A DNA stretch of 64,000 nucleotides from Octopus sinensis (Eukaryota), in NCBI RefSeq assembly GCF_006345805.1, contig NC_043009.1, positions 46,190,001-46,254,000 on the forward strand, read 5' to 3'. How positions within the stretch are numbered: position 1 is the stretch's first letter; the number at the start of each line of letters is the position of its first letter. Positions 25,906-39,090 of the stretch are shown one piece after another. The translations under genes were made by a program, and so were the position numbers. The notes under the pieces were generated by a model. The model saw nothing but the letters and a program-made list of their open reading frames with translations, had not been told where the DNA came from and made no database searches.

Positions 25906-26069
25906 CCATAATCTGGGGTAAATAGGGACAATAACCGGGGAAAATATTTTAGCACAATAAAGTTGAGATGACTCAAATTGACACAAACTAGCACAATTTG
26001 AGTCATCTCAACTTTATTGTTCTAAAATATTTTTTCCCGGTTATTGTCCCTATTCACCCTGGATTACAG
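25906..26069. mobile_element. Almost fully palindromic 164-bp MITE with TA TSD
   Basis: ~75-bp arms pair with few mismatches around a 13-nt loop. TA at 25904-25905 and 26070-26071. Confidence 0.85.
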
Positions 26070-26988
26070 TATTTAACATTATATATTATACTAGACCTGC
26101 CTTTACTTCATATTTAAATATATATACATGTATATATATGGAAGAGAGAGTTTGCTGCTCTGGCAACCATCCGAGTGTGATTGTTGCCAGAGCAGCAAAC
26201 TGACTTCCGTGCCGGTGGCATGTAAAAAGCACCATTCGATCATGATCGTTACCAGTATCACCTTACTGGCACGTGAAAAGACATTTGAGCGAGATCGTTG
26301 CCAGTACTGCCCGACTGACCCTTTTGCCGGTGGCACGTAAAAAGCACCCACTACACTCTTGAAGTGGTTGGCGTTAGGAAGGGCATCCAGCTGTAGAAAC
26401 TCTGCCAGATCAGATTGGAGCTTGGTGCAGCCATTGGTTTGCCAGTCCTCAGTCAAATTGTCCAACCCATGCTAGTATGGAAAGTGGACGTTAAACGATA
26501 ATGATGATGACTACCATCAGTCAAGAATGATCCTGCCCCTGCATATATATGTAAAAATGTGGGCAAGTTTTTTGAGAAAGTTGTCTGTTAGCACATGTAC
26601 TTTTTCACAAAAGAGATGTTTACCCAAAACAAGGCTGCTAATTTGAGCTGATACAACTTGGGCAACACTGTCACCATGACAGCTTCCTGCTGTCAGAGGC
26701 TAAAGGTACTGTAAAACCTCTTTTAGACCCTTTAACTGTTCCATTGATACACTGCTCTAGGATAACTTATTTTATAGCGAAAGGTAAACTTGATCTTCAG
26801 CGAGATTAGAACTTGGAACACAGACAATTGAGATGAATACTGTGAGGTATCCTAGCCAATGCTTTCCAACCACAATTCCAGATTCAGTTCCAGTATGGCA
26901 TCATGGGCAATATCAATAATAATAATAAGAAGAAGAATAATAAAGATTATTATGACATTGCACAGCATTACCTATTATTCTTTTAATA

Positions 26989-27494
26989 CTGTAAATCCTC
27001 GAGTATAATCCGCCCTTGAGTATAATACGCAGGGGACTTTTAGGGGGCAGCACCACTGAAAAACCTAAACCTTGTGTATAATACGCACCCCTTCTCTAAC
27101 TTGAGTCAAGGAGGTCTATATAACGTCCTTGGTTTGTAAAAATGTATATGGTAACATCCTTTATTATTATTATCATTGTATATATATAACATAATGCAAA
27201 CATGTAGCTTCTTTGTGCATTTTGTTTGCAGAAAATAGAGAAATAAAAGTAATAACGTTTAATAAATGTTGCTTAATGCAAGTTATGGATGATTCTTTTA
27301 TGACTTCATTGCTTTCAGGCTTAACTTAAGGTATTTTTGCACCCGACATCACAAACTGCATCTGAATAAACATTGCCAGACAGCAAATAGAGACTCGGAC
27401 ATTGCTTAGAAAATAATTTTCATTTTTAAGCTCGTATATAGTACTCACTAGGGATTTTGGGGAAAAAATGCGGATTATACTCGAGGATTTACAG
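26989..27494. mobile_element. pogo/Tigger-type MITE (506 bp)
   Basis: Perfect 25-bp TIR CTGTAAATCCTCGAGTATAATCCGC with TA TSD on both sides. Confidence 0.9.
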
Positions 27495-30235
27495 TATATA
27501 TACACAGCTTTACATAGACCTACACATATTTCAACTGCACTGATGAGTAACCATTGTAATTGCAACCATACTATAATACTGGTGCAGTTTCTTCAGGGTC
27601 TTCATATCCCTTGATTTAACTGTTTAAAGTTTTCTGTTTATCTACTCTGTGTTGTATGATGTGGAAATTGTCTGTTAAGTTAGGCGTGAACAATCTTCAA
27701 TTGAAGTTTTGACTGGATAATCAATATTCCATTATTTCAAACCATGTTACTGCTGTTGGGTGGGTATTGATGGTGTTGTACTGTTCATATTGTTCTTGCT
27801 AATTGTATTCATGTGGCTGTTTAGTTTCTACTCAATCCTTATAGACCCAAGATTGAAGACGTTTCATTCAACTTTTAAGATGCACTAAGACACCGCCTTA
27901 TATGCTTTTATTTGAAATGCATTCGCTTATCTACATCATTCTATACATTACTATTGCTGTTGGTGTTGATAATAGAAACACACATGCACAAATACATAAA
28001 TACCTACATACACACACACATTCTTTTATATGTGAGTGTGTGTGTGTGTGTTTATATATATGCTCACATTATGGACAATATATATGTGTGTATATGTGCG
28101 TAAAGTGATGATGGTTTTTCAAATTGTTAACAATATACTTTCATCCTAACTGAAACACAAGTGGCTATTGAGTTGAAAAGAAAATATAGTTTTAAGTTAG
28201 TTAATATAAAACTATGCAATCTGAGTTGCTGTAAGCATGAAATTACAGCTTGTATCCCGAAATCCTGTAACTCGAGGTAATCCTCATGTGGGGGATGCTT
28301 GCATATATACATATTGTCATCATTATCATAATTTAGCATCTGTCTTCCATGCTAGCATGGGTTGGACAGTTTGACAGGATCCAGGACCCAACAAGTGCGA
28401 GGACTGCCTTGAGTAACTGTATGGAAGGGAAGGGGAAAAATTAGCTCAGGAAGGAGGTAAGCAGTGGCAGTACAAAAAGCATAGAGAGCAGCAATAAACC
28501 TGAGTAGAGAACAACAATATGATAAACAAATCAGAAGATAGTTACTCACTAACGTTGTTTACTTTATTTTTCTTTACCTCTTAATTATTTTTATACTTAC
28601 AGTAAACAAACTTTGCTATTTCTTGTGGAAATGCATGGCTTAGTGGTTAGGGTGTTGGACTCATGATTGTAAGATTGTGGATTTGATTGCTGGACCAGGC
28701 GATTTGTTGTGTTTTTAAGCAAAACATTTCATTTCACATTGATCCAGACCAGTTGTAGGATTGAGTTTAGTCTGGAGAGGGATGGGCTCTGCCAGGCTTC
28801 CCCACCCAAGATATGCTGCCATGGCTGAAGCACCCCAATGACCCTCGAGGGAGACGTGTCAATAGTCAATTACCTGTGTGTCATCATTGTGTTTTATATT
28901 TTTAATTTTATTTTATCTAGTTTCAGCTCATGAGCTGTGGCCATGCTGGGGCACCGCCATTTGGTGTTGCTACATGATTTTACTTCACGAATGCTTTTTA
29001 GCAACTGCCATTTGGTGCATGAGACAGTTCGATGCAGCTGCCCTCATCTGCACCTGTCGTGAAGTTGGTTCATCCGGGACACCTGACAGGAAGAGATCCA
29101 GTCCTACTTGATTTTTTTTTTTTTTTTAATAGGAATGTTGACAATCTAACCGAAACCAACGACTGCAGTAGATTTTAGTTTTCTTTATACTATTTTCACA
29201 ACGAAGTTTCCAAAGTAATGAAAAACTATGCTGAAACATGTCATATACTTTTTGTTATAAAAAATTCAGGGAAGATCTGAAAATAAGTGAACCATTCCAA
29301 GCTGTTTGACAATTATTTCCCAATCGAAAGACACCTTGCTAATGCTAGGGCTATAATACAACACTATGGCTCTTATGCCTTTATTTGTTATTTTTTTTCC
29401 TTCTAGGCATGATTGTGTGGTAGGAAGCTTGCTTCTCAGCCACATGGCTCCGGATTCAATCCCACTGCATGACTGAAGTCTCGTGAGTGGATTTGGTAAT
29501 TATGGAAATTGAAAGAAGCCCATCATATATATAAACATGTGAGCTTGTGTATGTATGTGGTGTGTATGTGTGTGTGTTTGTCCCCAACCACTGATTAACA
29601 ACCAGTTTTAGTGTGTTTACGTCCTTGTAACTCTGTGGTTTGATAGAACAGGTACTGGGCTAAAAAAATAAATAGTACTAGAGTCAATCAATTCGACTAA
29701 TGCTTTAAGGCAGTGTCCCAGCACAGCCACAGTCTAATGGCAGAAATAAATAAAAGGACAAATAAAAGAAAAAAGTTTGATGCCATGATCTCACTTTTGA
29801 GTATCATCAACAGAGTTTGTTCTGTTGTAAGCCCTTGGATCATTCCTCTGAATGTTAGAGGATACTGATAAAGTAATACAAAGTGTTAACGTAAACGTTA
29901 TATAAACGTTATATAAGGCATATGGACTGACTTGTTGAGTAAAAGATGAAAGGGAAATCAAGATGAAGTGGAATAAAAAATTTGAGAATACTGGATCTCG
30001 AAGGTGAGATAAGATAATACAAAACTTATACGCGTAGATAGTGTAGCTATTGTGAACTTAATCTACACATACTGACATGAACAAGAAAATACCAAAAATG
30101 GTGTGGAAACTCACAATGGAACTGTTTGACTAAGCTAAAAAGAAATTTCAGTAATTTTAATTTGGTCTCATCGAAAAGCAGTTTTTTTAAAACTTCTCCA
30201 TTCGGTATTTTACTTGCAACTTTTCATTCAATACC

Positions 30236-30467
30236 TATTTCTTTACTACCCACAAGGGGCTAAACACAGAGAGGACAAACAAGGACAGACAAACGGATTT
30301 AGTCGATAATATGACTCCAGTGCGTAACTGGTACTTATTTAATCGATCCCGAAAAGATGAAAGGCAAAGTCGACCTCGGCGGAATTTGAACTCAGAACGT
30401 AACGGCAGACGAAGTACTGCTAAGCATTTCGCCCGGCGTGCTAACGTTTCTGCCAGCTCGCCGCCTT
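30236..30467 (-). mobile_element. SINE family A
   Basis: 16-bp TSD CTTTTCATTCAATACC at 30220-30235 and 30468-30483. Confidence 0.92.
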
Positions 30468-32947
30468 CTTTTCATTCAATACCGCTCGGAGTTTTCATCT
30501 AATTTGATACTTTTCTTTTTTTTTTTTTTTTTGTTATTTAAATCGAGATATTTAAAGACAGAAAGACTTTTGTTCTGTTAAAAGTGACAAGTTTTGGAGA
30601 TGCTTATTAAACAAATTGTTTTTATCTCCACGTGTAACTATATTTCAATGTTATTCTTTCCCTTGACATTACACAAGGAATCTCGAACTAAAAGGAAAAA
30701 ATAAACAATTCTATTATCTCCCTTACATCATAATTTCATTTTCTTACAAAGTTACTTCTCTTGATATTAAACTTTTTCTTTGAAAGAGTTAACCTTTCTG
30801 TATTACTGTCTCACTGCAGTTTGTAAGGACGACTTAACACAATCCGATGTTGTAAAAACAGTGAAACTAGTCGGTTCGAAGCTAATTCTATGCTATTCGA
30901 AAACCTCCGTAGAACAATTTCACGGTAGGACAAAACGATACGTCAATATCACTCCATTTACATATCGATTCCTACAGCTACACACATCATTCGATCTTCT
31001 GATATGCCGAAGAACATCTACGCTATTACTCGATTTGTTAGAAACAACCCTCGAATTACCTTCACTGACATATGCCAGTACAAGATACATTGGGTAGTGT
31101 AGTTCTATTTACCTGAAAACGACGTGATGGTCATGGCTGAGATGATCTGCAGAGTCAGAGTTAACCTTCTGCTGGACAACAGCGACTCTTGAGGAGTTAA
31201 TAGTAGAACACTGTTGTGGTAATGATACTTTGAGTGGATCCTGTAGTATTGAACGCATGAGATGGTAGAAGGGGTTGTCCTTAACTTCTGAGAAGGACCC
31301 CCTCAGACTGATGAAATAAATGAGGTTTATGCTTAGCTATGGTTATTGGATGGTTAAAGCCTGAAGAGAGGAAGAGGGAAGAGTGATGGAGGTTTGAAGG
31401 GGGGGTTATGTTTTTAAGAAGGTCGGATAAATCATAATGTTTAGTGTATGAGGTGCACACTTCATAATAATTAATAACAAATAATTAATATGGCCCCCTG
31501 GCCCCTGTGCTGGAGGCATGTAAAAAGCGCCATCCTATCGTGGCCGTTTGCCAGCCTCGTCTGGCACCTGTTCAGGTGGCATGTAAAAAGCACCTACTAC
31601 ACACACGGAGTGGTTGGCGTTAGGAAGGGCATCCAGCTGTAGAAACACTGCCAGATCAGACTGGGCCTGGCGCAGCCTACTGGCTTCCCAGACCCCAGTT
31701 GAACCGTCCAACCCATGCTAGCATGGAAAACGGACGTTAAACGATGATGATGATGATGATGACAAAAATATCTGCAACTAACAGAGAAGGCTTCCTATTA
31801 AAGCTTTCAACCATTCTGTTTATTTGCTAGTTTTTATTTTATTTTATAAACTATTTTGTCTTTCAGCTGGAATTGTGAAAGAAGACTGTAACAGTTGTAA
31901 AAGTATCCATTGATCCTAACATGATTTGAAATCCGTTACCTTCATCTTTGCTGGGTCAATAAAATGAATATAGATTGGCAACGCATTGACATTGGTTTCA
32001 TCGGTCCAGCTCACTTTGATCATTTCTGTTGAAGTGCAAGAGAGTTTATAAAATAAATTTGAAAACTAACAAACCAAAGAATGGCTGAAGGCTTTAACAG
32101 TAAGGTCTAGCACTTAGTTGGGAGTAGTTTTGTGTTATTGTCTGACGGAGAACTCTCAGATTTTTTGTCAAGTCTATTTTACTATTATCAACATTTGCTG
32201 TCTCCTTAAACTATGATTAGCTGACCCTCTTCCCAGTTCGAGGTGCTTAGTTCACGCATTTCCTTAAACCCAACATATTCATTGATTCATTCATTAAAGT
32301 CTTATCACACAGTCACTTATTTATTCTCTAAATTTTGTCTTAGATTGTCTGACGGAGAACTCACAGATTTTTCAAATCTATTTTACTATCAATATTGCTG
32401 TCTCGTTAAACTATGCTAAGCCGATCACCCCCCCCCAATATTTCCTCCCACGTGTTCTTGACCACTCCCCCCCTCTCTATTTTACTCTGTCTGTTTCTCT
32501 CTCTATATATATTTCAGTATGTCTCCCTCTTTTGATTACCACTCGCTTCGCCAAGACTTCCTCCACCACCACCACCACCCTATATAAACTAGCGCATGCA
32601 CACAGACTCCCACTCGCTTTCAATCCCCTGCCGAAGAATAACGGATCCCTGATGTACAGATTAGAAATTTTCGTCTTTCAACCTCGTTTCATCTACTTTA
32701 CTATTTCTGTGCAGATCATAAACCCTTCCGGGTACTACTTAAGAAGTGTGGTCCCGGTGCATGCGCTCACATAGTCGCGCATCTGCGCTGGCTAGTCATG
32801 ACTAGTTGATCCTACAATGACTACCTAGCAAAGTAAATAAAATACAAAATAAATATTTTTTTTACACAAAGTAAATAATTTTTTTTTTAAACAAAGTAAA
32901 TAATTTTTCTAAACAAAGTAAATAAAATACAAAAACACAAAGTAAGG

Positions 32948-34539
32948 ATCAACTGTACCTGGCTTTCGTTGACATGGAGAAAGTCTTTGACAGGGTCCCC
33001 TGATCCCTTATCTGCTGGTCAATGAGGAAACTAGGGATAGATGAATGGTTAGTGAGAGCTGTGCAAGCCATGTACAGGGACTCTGTCAGTAAGGTGAGGG
33101 TTAGCAATGAGTACAGTGAAGAATTCTGGGTAGAGGTAGGGGTCCACCAAGGTTCAGTCCTCAGCCCCCTCCTATTTATCACAGTCCTCCAGGCAATAAC
33201 GGAGGAATTCAAGACAGGATGCCCCTGGGAGCTCCTCTATGCTAATGACCTTGCTCTAATTGCTGAGTCACTATCAGAACTAGAGGAGAGGTTTCAAGTA
33301 TGGAAACAAGGATTAGAAGCGAAGGGCCTTAGAATCAACCTAGCTAAAACCAAAGTCCTAATAAGTAGGAAGGCAGGCAAACCACAAATCCCTTCGGGTG
33401 GATGGCCCTGCTCGATCTGTAGAAAGGGCGTAGGTAGAAACTCTATAAGATGTACCCTGTGTAAGCTATGGACACATAAGAGGTGCAGCAATATCAAAGG
33501 AAGGCTAACTGGGAGGATAGTTTTTGTATGTGGCAGATGCTCGGGAGCTATGAATAACACTGAAAATGTGCAGAGAACAACTTCTGCCACATTCCAGGGA
33601 GAAAAACTAGAAGTAGTTGATAGCTTCCGTTACCTAGGTGACTAAGTCAGTAGCGGGGGGCAGGTGCACTGAAAGTGTAACTGCTATAATAAGAATAGCC
33701 TGGGCTAAGTTCAGAGAGCTCTTATCTCTGCTGGTGACAAAGAGCCTCTCGCTCAGAGTAGACTGTACGACGCATGTGTACGAACAGCCATGCTACATGG
33801 TAGTGAAACATGGGCCGTGACTGCTGAGGACATGCATAAGCCCGCAAGGTGTGAAGCCAGCATGCTCTGATGGATGTATAATGACAGTATGCATACTTGC
33901 AAAGTGTTAGTGCCTTCAGAGAAAGGTTGGACCTAAGAAGCATCAGATGTGGTGTGCAAGAGAGACGATTGTGCTGGTATGGTCATGTGGCAAGAATGGA
34001 TGTGGATAGCTGTGTGAAAAAGCGCCACACCCTAGCAGTTGAGGGAACCTGTGGAAGAAGTAGACCCAGGAAGATCTGGGATGAGGTGGTGAAACACGAC
34101 CTTCAAACATTGGGCCTTACCGAGGCAATGACTAGTGACCAGGACCTCCATGCTGATGGCACGTTAAAAATACCATTCAAGCATGATCGTTACCTACATC
34201 GCCTTACTAGCACTTGTGCTGGTGACACGTGAAAAAGCATTCGAACGAGGTTGTTGCCAGTGCCGCTGGACTAACTCCTGTGCAGGTGGCACATAAAAAG
34301 CACCATTTGAGCGTGGACGTTGCCAGTACTGCCTGACTGGCCCTCGTGCCAGTGGCATGTAAAAAGCACCCACTACACTCTCGGAGTGGTTGGCATTAGG
34401 AAGGGCATCCAGCTGTACAAACTCTGCCAGATCAGATTGGAGCCTGGTGCAGCTATCTGGTTCGCCAGACCTCAGTCAAATCGTCCAACCCATGCTAGCA
34501 TGGAAAGCGGACGTTAAACGATGATGATGATGATGATGA
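32948..34539 (+). mobile_element. 5'-truncated, inactivated RTE-type LINE (RT with embedded PHD-like finger, 3' UTR, (GAT)n tail)
   Basis: YLAFVDMEKVFDRV, GVHQGSVLSPLLF, LLYANDL (YADD changed to YAND), FRYLG, then stops and frameshifts. (GAT)n tail. Confidence 0.92.
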
Positions 34540-35516
34540 CTGATATCAATTCCGACAGGTCATTAACCGTTGTTTTAATTAAGAATAGTTGAAAGAAAAA
34601 TATGTGCATGTATTAACTGGATTTACATACAGAAAGAATGCAACATGAAAAAATATAATTAAAGAAGTTTCTTTCTTTATTATTTAAATATTAAGAGGAG
34701 TTCCTTTCTTTATTATTAATTTGTTTTGTATGCCTGTGTCCTTGCTAGCTGCATAATCATCATTGTCATGGCTTTTTTAACATGGTCAGAAGGTATTTGA
34801 TGAGGCAGGTTTTCTACAGCCGGATGCTCTTCCTTTCACATTTTCGTGGAAGACTGGGAACAAAAGTGACACCACTTGAATAATGACTTTCACTTACAAA
34901 TATAGTGAGATGTTCTGACAAGGACACACACACACACATGCTCATGTACATGTGCACACATACATGAACGACTGGTTTCTTTCAATTAAATGGCTCCAGG
35001 TTATAGGTGAAAACATTGGATCAAGATGCCATGCGGCAGAACTAAACAGAAGACCATGTGGTTAGCAAGCAAACTTCTTAAGAACACAGTCATGTCTGTT
35101 AATAAATGTAAAAAATGTACATGAAATGCTCATTTCTTCGAATTTTCCCCATCTCTGAAGTGGATGCCGGTGGCACGTAAAAAGCACCATCCGATCGTGG
35201 CCGTTTGCCAGCCTGGCCTGGCCTCTGTGCCGGTAGCACGTAAAAAGCACCATCCGATCGTGGCCATTTGCCAGCCTCGTCTGGCACGTAAAAAGCACCA
35301 ACTACACTCACGGAGTGGTTAGCGTTAGGAAGGGCATCCAGTCGCAGAAAGATTGCCAGTGTCACAATCACCATCATAACGTGAATTTGTAACTGGTTTA
35401 TTAGGAGCCTGTATCTCATGAGGTTAATGCTCAGAGAGTGTGAAGTTAAATATAAATAAGTATAAAAAGAAATGACTTTTAACTCAACCCTCCATTGTTT
35501 TTATAGGAAACTCATC

Positions 35517-35928
35517 AGATCTTTTTGGTTTGAACGGCAGTTTTTTCTATGAAATTGTCACCCATAATTATGACCCTAGTATTGATCTATTGCATTTCAA
35601 TCCGATTTAGGGTTAGGGTTGGTTAGGGGTGGGGGGAAGGGTATCTTTTTTCTTCACAAATGTAAATAAACCCAATCTGTTTCTTAAACATGGGACATAT
35701 TCATACAGCACAGAATGATTTTTACCTCAATAGACGTCAGTGATTGGTTGAAATTGCAGAAATTGAAGACAAAAAAACAACAAAGATCTTACAAACCATA
35801 GAATTTTCTCAATAAAGCCAAGAGAAAAAGATGTTTTATATAAACACATTCTACCAGTATATGAAGTTTAAAATTTTTTAGTTACTTAGAAATTATGTTA
35901 AAAACTGCTGTTCAAACCAAAAAGATCC
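35517..35928. mobile_element. MITE (GGATC-TIR family), 84 bp upstream of the exon 2 acceptor
   Basis: Homologous to 16739-17143. TSD AACTCATC/AAATCATC (1 mismatch). Confidence 0.88.
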
Positions 35929-36012
35929 AAATCATCCCTGCCCCACACCAGTCGTATTGTCTCAACTTTATTTCTGTCTGTGACTTCTAATTTGTTAATT
36001 TTTTTTATTCAG

Positions 36013-36430
36013 GTGATGTTTCGTAACTACCGAATGGGAGACATAGAGAAACCTATCGGTTTTGTGTGGTACATCAGCTCTATCAGCCCAGATGTGATAA
36101 TTGTTAGTGATGAAGACATCCGAGGACTGGTTATGTGTACACTCCAGGGAGAAGTCATTACCCAGTACAGTGACTATGGCTTCAATCCAAGTGGCCTTTG
36201 CCCCGATCCTTATCGTGGTTGTATATATGCATCCAATGGAGAAGGAAACTGTGTGATACGACTAACACCTGATCTTGAATATGACGGGGAAATTGTTGGA
36301 GCAGCTCAGGGCCTACGTAATCCTTTTGTTGTTAGTCTCTCCTATGATGGACGATTTCTTGTAGTTGCTGAAGATACATGGGATATAGGCGAAGACCTAC
36401 CAACTCCTATTAAAGTGTTCTCCTTACCAG
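36013..36430 (+). CDS. Coding exon 2 (propeller blades ~4-6)
   Basis: Acceptor TTTTTTATTCAG|GTG in phase 0, matching exon 1. NHL-like motifs FNPSGLCPDPYRGCIYASN, LRNPFVVSLSYDGRFLVVAE, IKVFSL. Donor CAG|GTAACA (phase 1). Confidence 0.9.
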
Positions 36431-37482
36431 GTAACAATACCATTTTTAGTTGTCACATTACTTATTAGTACAGTGGCCATCCTGGGCTGTTGTTTACAAT
36501 GTATTTCATCTGCTTATATATGTGGTATAGGCACAGGAATGACTGTGTGGTAAAAAGTTCATTTATCAACCATATGATTCTAGGTTCATGGTGCTTTTTG
36601 TTATGGACTCAGATTGACCAAACCATTGTGAGTGGAGTTGATGGACAGAAACTGAAAGAAGCCCATTGTATATATATATATTCCTTCACTTGTTTTAGTC
36701 ATTTGGCTGCAGCTATGTTGGAGAACCACCTTAAGGGGTTTTAGTCAAAGAAATCAACCCCAGGACTTATTCTTTGTAAGCCTTAGTACTTATTCTAACA
36801 ATCTGCTTTGCTGAACCACTAACTTACAGGGACATAAACATGCCAATATTGGTTGCGAAGTGATGGCGGTGGGGGGATTAAACACCCACACACATACACA
36901 TGACAGGCTTCTTTCAGTTTCTATATACCAAATCCACGCCCAAGTCTATAGTAGAAGACACTTACCCAACGTGCTACACAGTAGTACTGAACCTGGAATT
37001 ATGTGGTTCAGAAGCAAGCTTCTTAATGCAGGCATTGCCTCACCACGATAGATCACTGGTCACTACACATTCTTTATTTTCTTTCCCTGTTTGTTTCTGT
37101 GTTCCTTTCTGTAGAAGAGCATAGGCTCGAAACTTTAAATACTTTTTCACTTCCAGAGTGTTATACTAATACATCTGTTTGATGTCTACACCACCTATCT
37201 TCATCTTTTGTTTTTGTGTGAATTCTCCCTATATATATACATATATTGTGCGTGCGTCACCAAAATACACAACTGTGTCCTTCATTTTCAATGTTCTATG
37301 GTGACCTAGCCATTCAGAAATATTACCAAGCTTAGAAGCAGTTGAAGGTTAGTAGCAGAAAGAGCATCCAGCTGTAGAAAATACACACAAACACACACAT
37401 GATATGCTTCTTCCAGATTTTGTCTCCCAAATCCAAGCACAAGGCTGTTGTCAGCCAGGCATACAGAATTTTTGTTTTTTAA

Positions 37483-37864
37483 TCTCTCTCTATATAAACG
37501 GCAGTTTGTCTGTCTGTGTGTCTGTGTGTCTGTCAGGTTGTACCCTCACCCTGACCACGGCTTTCAACCGATTCTGATGAAACTTGACACACACATAGCC
37601 CAATGTCATGATTCAAAACTAACGCAGCGAAAATTTTGAAAAGTTCCCCCAGTTCTGAAAAACATCGATAAATTCGACATGGGGTCGAGAATCAGAAACA
37701 CAAACCACAGACTGTCTAGGGGATGCAACTCGACCTTTTTACTAAAAAAAAAATTTACCATCGTTTTTTTTCCATTTTTTTGCTATTTTTTGGCTATAAC
37801 TCTCTAAAAATACTTTATAGTTATTTCCCTTACAAACCTGAGCAACGCCGGGTGATACTGCTAG
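37483..37864 (+). mobile_element. Non-autonomous Helitron (short variant)
   Basis: A|TC...CTAG|T ends and a 3' CCTGAGCAACGCCGGG hairpin-like motif. 5' part shared with 24272. Confidence 0.8.
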
Positions 37865-38588
37865 TATTCAAATAAGTACAAGTGACATATTAAAGCTGAT
37901 TCAGTCAATTATATCTGCTCCCTTATTCACACATATACACCTTACAAAATCCTGGTTTCAGCTTTGATAATAAATCATAATAGAGCCGGCTGGTGTTATG
38001 CATCCTCTATTCAGTCACCTCTGACTCTGACTCTCCTCTCATCACTTTTGTTATGTTCACTCCTACCTCAGCCCCACATAAACCACTATGTTCTGTCCTT
38101 CCTCTTTAGAAAATTTTTTATCTGGAGTTTTCTCTCTGCTCATATCTTTGCTGCAGATGTTGACATGCAACAGTTTAGATGAAGCATTAAACACATCAAT
38201 TTCATTCTCCTTGAAGGCCTCTAAAGCCAAGGCATAGCCCCTTCCTCCAGACTGAACAAGGACAAAATCAAACAAATAAACTAACAAACAAAAACATCCA
38301 CAGCATTTAATTTGTAGCAGACTCACTGGAATTTGAGATGAAATATTCTGCAGTGTTTAGTTACTTTGGCTTTATATTTTTCCCTGGATTGCAAAAATAA
38401 AGCAATAGGTTGATTTGCATTCCTGTAATACAATTATGAGAGAACACAAGAAGATAAAACAGTATATTATAATCATTTGATCAAATTTGGTAATGCTTTG
38501 GTGGAGAGAGAGCTTGTGCTCAGCTCTTTTGCAGGCTCTTTGAAGCAAGAAGGAATTATGTAGTTGATATTCTTAATTTGATGACCAA

Positions 38589-38808
38589 GGTGGCAAGTTG
38601 GCAGAAACGTTAGCACGGCGGGCAAAATACGTAGCTGCATTTTGTCTGCCATTACGTTGTGGGTTCACATTCCGCCGAGGTTGACTTTGCCTTTCATCCT
38701 TTCGGGGTCGATAAATTAAGTACCAGTTACGCACTGGAGTCTATGTAATTGACTTAATCCCTTTGTCTGTCCCCTCTATGTTTAGCTCCTTGTGGGCAAT
38801 AAAGAAAT
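38589..38808 (+). mobile_element. SINE family A
   Basis: 17-bp TSD ATTCTTAATTTGATGAC at 38569-38585 and 38810-38826. Confidence 0.9.
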
Positions 38809-39090
38809 AATTCTTAATTTGATGACTGTAGGAAAGAAAGCCCCTATGATATCTCACTGCAAAACCAATGTTGGACACAGTGTGGAGTTCTTCAGAATTA
38901 TAAATTGAAACCCATCTTTGCTCATGTTTTCCCTATGTGCACTATACCACAAAAGTTCAAGTTTGGACATCAGTTGCTTCATTCTTCTAAATTTAGGAAT
39001 ATATTTGATTCTTTAAATATATTCCTAAATACTACTTCCTTAACTAAATGAAAAACTCTATTTCAAATTTAGTTTTGTATGTATTTCTAG

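Noticed and set aside
30780-31097. 105-aa ORF; a neighbouring frame has faint Tc1-like wording (RFVRNNPRITF)
   Set aside because: No catalytic motifs or TIRs; similarity too weak.
35605-35645. Interstitial telomere (TTAGGG)n
   Set aside because: Only 2-3 units, and they are an internal part of a multi-copy MITE.
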